Shown piece by piece: positions 1-64,000 of a DNA stretch of 64,000 nt (its first letter is position 1; every line of letters begins with the position of its first letter). The DNA is taken from NCBI RefSeq assembly GCF_009914755.1, contig NC_060941.1. One strand, written 5' to 3'. The position numbers were made by a program, and so were the translations under genes. Under the pieces are notes generated by a model. It was not told the DNA's origin and did not search any database. It saw only the letters and a program-made list of their open reading frames with translations. This DNA is from the human T2T-CHM13v2.0 reference genome, Homo sapiens.

Positions 1-367
1 CATTTTTCTGGAATTTGATCTCTCAAGGGTGGCTATAGGTTATAGAAGCTATCTGTTTAGCTATTGTAGCACTTTACAAAGATTGTCTGTAGTAGGATAT
101 CAAAGTTTTATTGCAGAATGGAACGAGGAGATTGTGATGTTATGGTGAGAGGATGAATTGAGCCAGAGATTTCATTTCTGACATTTCTGTTTTCAGCTCT
201 CTACTGACTGACTTTATAGCATTACAAAGTCCCTTAACCTTCCATTGCCGGTTTTGTCTCCTTGTAGAACATGTCAGTAGTAGTTCCACATGGGGATATT
301 ATAACACCTAATATGTGACTTTAAAGCTTGGGAAGTACTTTACATGATTATGTGGATTGAAATAAAC

Positions 368-543
368 GATCAGAAGGAATTGAGATATGTTCTGTAGTAA
401 GCAGTGATGTGTTAATGTAAATCAGATACCAATGAGTATTCATAAACTGAGTATGATCTGAAGGAATTGAGATAAATTCTGTGGTAAGCAGTGATGTATT
501 CATGTAAATCAGATATCAATGAATATTCATAAACTGAGTATGA
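368..543. repeat. Diverged tandem duplication, 2 x 87 bp
   Basis: The unit gatc(a/t)gaaggaattgagata...cataaactgagtat starts at 368 and again at 455, with scattered substitutions. Confidence 0.9.
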
Positions 544-1790
544 ATATCTAAATTTCATTTTACAAAAAAATGTTTTTTAGTTTTTGGCATTATTAGACCC
601 TGGCTAATTTAGATATGAAACCGTATACAGTTCACACATATTTTTATTTGTAACTTAAGGAATTGTCAAACAATAATATTTTTAATATCTGACCTAAAAC
701 AGATTGAATTATATTAGCTTCAGAAACATCAGTTCTGCAATGTAGTTTTCAAAATACGTGTTTTTGTTTTCTTAATATTTCCTTTAAACTCAATAACTAT
801 CTCACCAGAGATGTAAAAAGGCAATACCTATATAAAGGAATAATATAAAGCTGTGTTCTATTCATATTACCCTTGTTCATAATTTATGATTTTAGGTCAT
901 TACCATTGTGAAACCAAGCAACAATTAATTCAGTAACTTTAATAAAGGAAAATATAGGGGTGATTTTAGCTGTTATGCCAAGATACAAACATGTGGACAG
1001 CAATTATTTTAGATTATAATAAACCACCATTGAATTAATAGTTGAGATTTGCAAGATTTTGATATCTATTATTAAGCGTTGAGCAGTTGAGACACTGAAT
1101 GGTAAAATTTAGAGATCTCTATGAATTAAAGTTAAGAAGTATTAGTGGGATTTTATGATTTTTCATAACTATTCAGTGATGTTTTGGAAACAAGTCTAGT
1201 CCAGGTTGCCTGTGAATAGCTGTTTAAAACAATAGAAATGTTCAATCCGTAATAATTAACTGAAATGTCTCTTCTGTCCAAATAAGAGAAACTAATTGAA
1301 TGTGTGGATAAATGACTTTCTTTTATACTGAAGTAACTTTCCCATTGAATGCGGCTCCCTCATGAACATAAATTTAGAGTATATGCTGATAAATATATAA
1401 AGTATAAAACCGATATTAAATAGGCCAGCAAAATATGGCTCTTGGTGACAGTGGTAAAAGGAATGCACCCTTTCAGTAATGAGTAGTAAAGGTAGTAATG
1501 TGTTTTAAATACAACTCAACAAGCCTTTGTTGAGAAACTATGTATAAGAAGCCATGCTAAGTGCTGGGATTACAAAAATTAATAAAATATGGAATCTGTC
1601 CCTAAGGAGCTCATGGCATGGTTTATGAGACAAGTGATGTCATTATCAAGTTATTTGCAGAAAAAAACTATGATAAACTCAAATAGGGTGAGTGTAAAGT
1701 GAGAGAGGAAGTATATATTTGTTTGAGGGGATGAGAGATGAGCAAGATGTGAAGGTACAAGAATAGGTCAGATCATTTTAATAAAAATAT

Positions 1791-2207
<417 letters not shown>

Positions 2208-2229
2208 CATTTGTTATATTTTCAGTCTG

Positions 2230-2430
2230 CACCGGGCCTTGCGCTATGCAGTTTGCATGCCTTTTCTCATCAATTCTTACAATAACCCTGTGACGCAATA
2301 CTAGTATTAATATTATCATCTCTTGTGTAGATGAGGAAACTGAGGCCTCAGTAAATTTTCAAAGTCACAGAGCTAGTAATTGTTCAGTAAAGATTGAGTT
2401 CACATCTGCTCGTCTCTAGAACCTAGATAC
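2230..2430. mobile_element. MIR SINE
   Basis: MIR core tagatgaggaaactgaggc...aaagtcacagagctagtaa; boundaries approximate. Confidence 0.7.
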
Positions 2431-2715
2431 TTGACTGCTGCACTGTTGTGCTTATGAGTTACGAAGCTTTATTTTAGTGGCCCTGGGAAGTGATAGAAAG
2501 GCTTTGAGGTAGAGAATACCTTAATCAGTATTTTATTTTAGATATACCCCTTTGCTTGAAATTTGCAGGATGGCTTGGTAGAGGGTTACCTGAACTTCTG
2601 GGACTTGGTTATGCAGTAATATAAGTGAAAAATAATGAGAGTTGTGGAGATCCAGATGATGGATTGGGGTAGGGTAAGGATGGGGACCAGTTTGATAGGT
2701 ATTTAAAGAAGTGGA

Positions 2716-3372
<657 letters not shown>

Positions 3373-4543
3373 TTAGAGAGATATCACCAAATATTACAGA
3401 ATAAGCTGGTTAGAGCAGAAAAGGGAAGGAAAGGTTGATGGCAGAAGAGAGGGTTTGACCAGGAAAATGATAAATTCAGTTTTAGATCTTCTGAGTTTGA
3501 GGTATCAGTAGGATGTCCAACAAGAAACTTGTAGAACTGAAAGATACTTTGGCTTTGAGAGTAGATTATGGTATATAACACATTTAAGATGTCATAAAGG
3601 TAAAGTTGTTGCTAAAGAGCACTGTGAAGAGTAATGTCATTATTTGGAAATCAGTGGAGGGTGAGAGCAAAGAGAATTCAAAGGGGTACTTTTAAAAACT
3701 GATTTGGAGAGTTACTTATTTGCAAGTCCAGAAAAAAGACTCATCTCTCTCTTAGACACTTACATAGATGTAATAAAAACCTTTATCCCTTCATTAAAAG
3801 TCAACAGGAGAAGTTCTTTGCCGAGGGACCATTGCCAGTAAAATCGCTTATAGACAGGTCATTTTTTCCAAACATAAATCTTTTTCTAGATGTGGACAAT
3901 AAACTTAAAGAAGAAGAAATTAAAATACCCAATATATTTATATGGAGAAATGTTTACTGTTACTTGCGTTAAAATGCAGTCTACTATTTTGAACACTCCA
4001 ATTAGCAAAATAAAGAAAATGAACATACTTTTATGATGACAAAGATAGGATGAAGGCACTTTCGTATGCTGCTTGGTGATAGCAGCATTTGGCCCAACCC
4101 TAGTGAAAGGCAGCTTGGTAATCTTTATCAAGGGCCCTAAAAATATTCATCTCTTTGACTGGACACTTCTAGAGATTCCTTATCTTAAATAAGCAGTGAT
4201 GTGGGAAAAGATGTTGATATGAAAATATTTGTTAATGTTATTTATAATAGTGAAATAACAGAAATAACCTCAGTGTTAAAACTGGAAAACATTAAATAAC
4301 CAGTCACTTAATACAGTGACTTAAATATTATGAGGGGCATCAAAGCATACTGAAAAGACCTTGGTTTTAAAGCCCAATTCAATCATTTATTAGATCTGTA
4401 ACCTTAGACACACAGTTTGTTCATCTGTAATACTCTGAAAACATTAAGATTCAAAAAGAATTAAGTGTATCATACTAAAAATACATGATATGTTTTAATA
4501 GTTTGTGTAATAGTTACTATTGCATATAGAGCCATCAAAAATA

Positions 4544-4850
4544 GGCCAGGCACAGTGGCTCACACCTGTAATCCCAGCACTTTGGGAGGCCTACGTGGGC
4601 GGATCATGAGGTCAGGAGTTCGAGACCAGCCTGACGAACATGGTGAAACCCCATCTCTACTAAAAATACAAAAATTAGCTGGGTGTAGTGGCGCACGCCT
4701 GTAATCCCAGCTACTGGGGAGGCTGAAGCAGGAGAATCGCTTGAACCTGGGAGACGGAGGTTGCGTGAGCCAAAATTGTGCCATTGCACTCCAGCCTGAG
4801 CGACAGAGCAAGACTCCATCTCAAAAAAAAAAAAAAAAAAAAAAAAAAAG
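4544..4850 (+). mobile_element. AluS SINE, full length with long poly-A
   Basis: Dimeric Alu consensus; poly-A 4823-4849. Confidence 0.92.
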
Positions 4851-5062
4851 AGTTTTTACTGATACAGAAATAATTAGGGATACTATGGAAAAGAACAGGT
4901 TTGATACAGCTTATATGATCTCAGTTATGTTAAATATATTTGTTTTCTACATGCATAGGAAAAGTGGTAGAAGTAAAACCACCAGATGTTAACTGTGATT
5001 GTCTCTGAATGATAGAATCATTGATGGTTTTAAAAATTTCCCATAAACACCTGTGCTTTTGC

Positions 5063-5228
5063 TTTTTTTTTTTTTTTTTTTTTGGACAGAGTCTTGCTCT
5101 GTCGCTCAGGCTGGCATGCAGTGACATGATTATAGTACACTGTAGCCTTGAAATCCTGGGCTCAAGCTATCTTCCCACTCCTGCTTTCGAAAGTGCTGAG
5201 ATTGTAGGCGTGAGCCATCGGGCCTGGC
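5063..5228 (-). mobile_element. Monomer-length Alu (FLAM/FRAM/AluJ-like)
   Basis: Poly-T followed by gacagagtcttgctctgtcgctcaggctgg...gtgagccatcgggcctggcc. Confidence 0.8.
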
Positions 5229-5242
5229 CCTGTATATGTTTT

Positions 5243-10860
<5,618 letters not shown>

Positions 10861-11135
10861 CCTGTATGTGTTTTATACTTTTTTTTGAAAAAGCAAGTTA
10901 TTAAAAGAAAAAGCTCACAATCATTGATGTCCAAGGCATATTTGCTGTTTATGGAATTTTTCTTTCCTAGCAGACAACTATCGAGTTTTGGGTTTATGTT
11001 AGGTGTCTTTACCTTTCATTGCTTACAGATAATATTGGAGCAAAAGTAATACGTAAATGGAAAGTTATTTTGCTCTGAGTTGTATTTGTGTTAACTTATT
11101 CTAGAGTTAATTTTTAAAAATTGTGTTTTTTCCAG

Positions 11136-62913
<51,778 letters not shown>

Positions 62914-64000
62914 GTAAGTGATTAGAGTAAGCGGGGAAGAAAAGTGCCTGGCACATAGCAAATCCTTCAGAATATATTTGTTCAATAAATGTTTGTTGAA
63001 TGAATTGATAAAATTTCAGAGCCAGAAGAAAGATGTTTAGTTAGGTGATTTTTCAGCTGTAGGGAAGTGGTTGGCACCACTAGACCTGACTAGTGTTCTG
63101 TATCATTTCATCCTACTAAAAAATTCCATTTAAACGCATTAAAAATCACTGATCTACTCTGGTGTCTTCATATATTTGATAAGGTAATTAGGTTAAACCT
63201 AATTTTAGTTAGTTGTTGCAATGCTGGAATTGGAATCCACGATTTGTGCCTGTTTACTACCTCCAGTTTGCTATTCTTTTCCCCATAATGTCTCATACAG
63301 TTTTTTAAAAATTTAAGCACTATATTTGCATTTGATATTATGATATTGTTTATTTTAAAAACTGAAAGCGTCATATGGCTATGTCTCTCTCTTAATTTAA
63401 TGAAAAATTTTCCTAAAATCACATCATTCTTAATACATGCTAAAACGTTGAGACGGGTTGTTGTTCCTTTCCAGTGTTAAAAGGCTATTTGCTTTTTAGT
63501 GTACCAAAACTGATTTCAGTTATAGTAAATTATGACTAATAAGGTAATCTGTCCTTGTTAACAAGCCTGTATTTGTTATACCTGTACTTAAAGTAAAATT
63601 CAAACTCCTTACCCTGTCCTACAAGGCTCTACCTGATCTGGGCCCTACCTCATCTCTAACATCATCTTATGCTATTTTCTTTCTTGTTCACCAGAGCCAC
63701 ACCAGCTACCTTTCTGTCCCTCCTTGTTAGACTTATTTCTGCTTTAGAGCACCCTTGCTGCTGCCACCACCTGAAATGCTTCTCTTCTGGTATTTTATTT
63801 TGGTGAGAACACCTGGCATGAGATCTACCCTCTAACAGATTTTTAAGTGTATAATACAGTATTGCTGTCTGTAGGCACAATGCTGCACAGCAGATCTCTA
63901 GAACTTACCTTGTATAACTGAAATTTTATACTCATTGATTAGCAACAGCCCCAAATTATTGAAACCTCCTTGAAGCCTAAATTTCAGAAATGTTCAAATG

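Noticed and set aside
368-543. Repeat unit resembling a CRISPR-like array
   Set aside because: Only two contiguous 87-bp copies, no spacers, and a human intronic context.

Overview
Human genomic DNA from inside the NF1 (neurofibromin) gene on the + strand, running from intron 5 into intron 27. I located 22 consecutive coding exons (exons 6-27, c.587-c.3708). All have AG/GT boundaries, and their lengths add up exactly to one uninterrupted reading frame covering the N-terminal HEAT region, the CSRD, the tubulin-binding region and the start of the GAP-related domain. The window also holds two in-frame alternative microexons (30 nt 11alt12/9a and 45 nt 12alt13/10a-2) and an intron-15 read-through that gives a 593-aa short isoform. 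The introns are dense in transposons: a ~5.6 kb twin-primed, 5'-inverted L1PA that itself contains a 5'-inverted AluY; a sense-oriented two-LTR HERV-L/MLT2A provirus; a MER4 solo LTR; Tigger3, MER2 and other DNA transposons; old L1s; and about 20 Alus. Almost all ORFs in the supplied track are repeat-derived or spurious. I see no new gene system. The best candidates for undescribed biology are splicing and regulatory: a HERV-L 3' LTR that could act as an alternative first exon, a recursive-splice-type donor regenerated at the exon 22/23 junction, a series of latent pseudoexons, and unusual retrotransposon structures. c.-numbers are computed from the exon coordinates. Named clinical variants and repeat subfamilies come from memory and need database confirmation.
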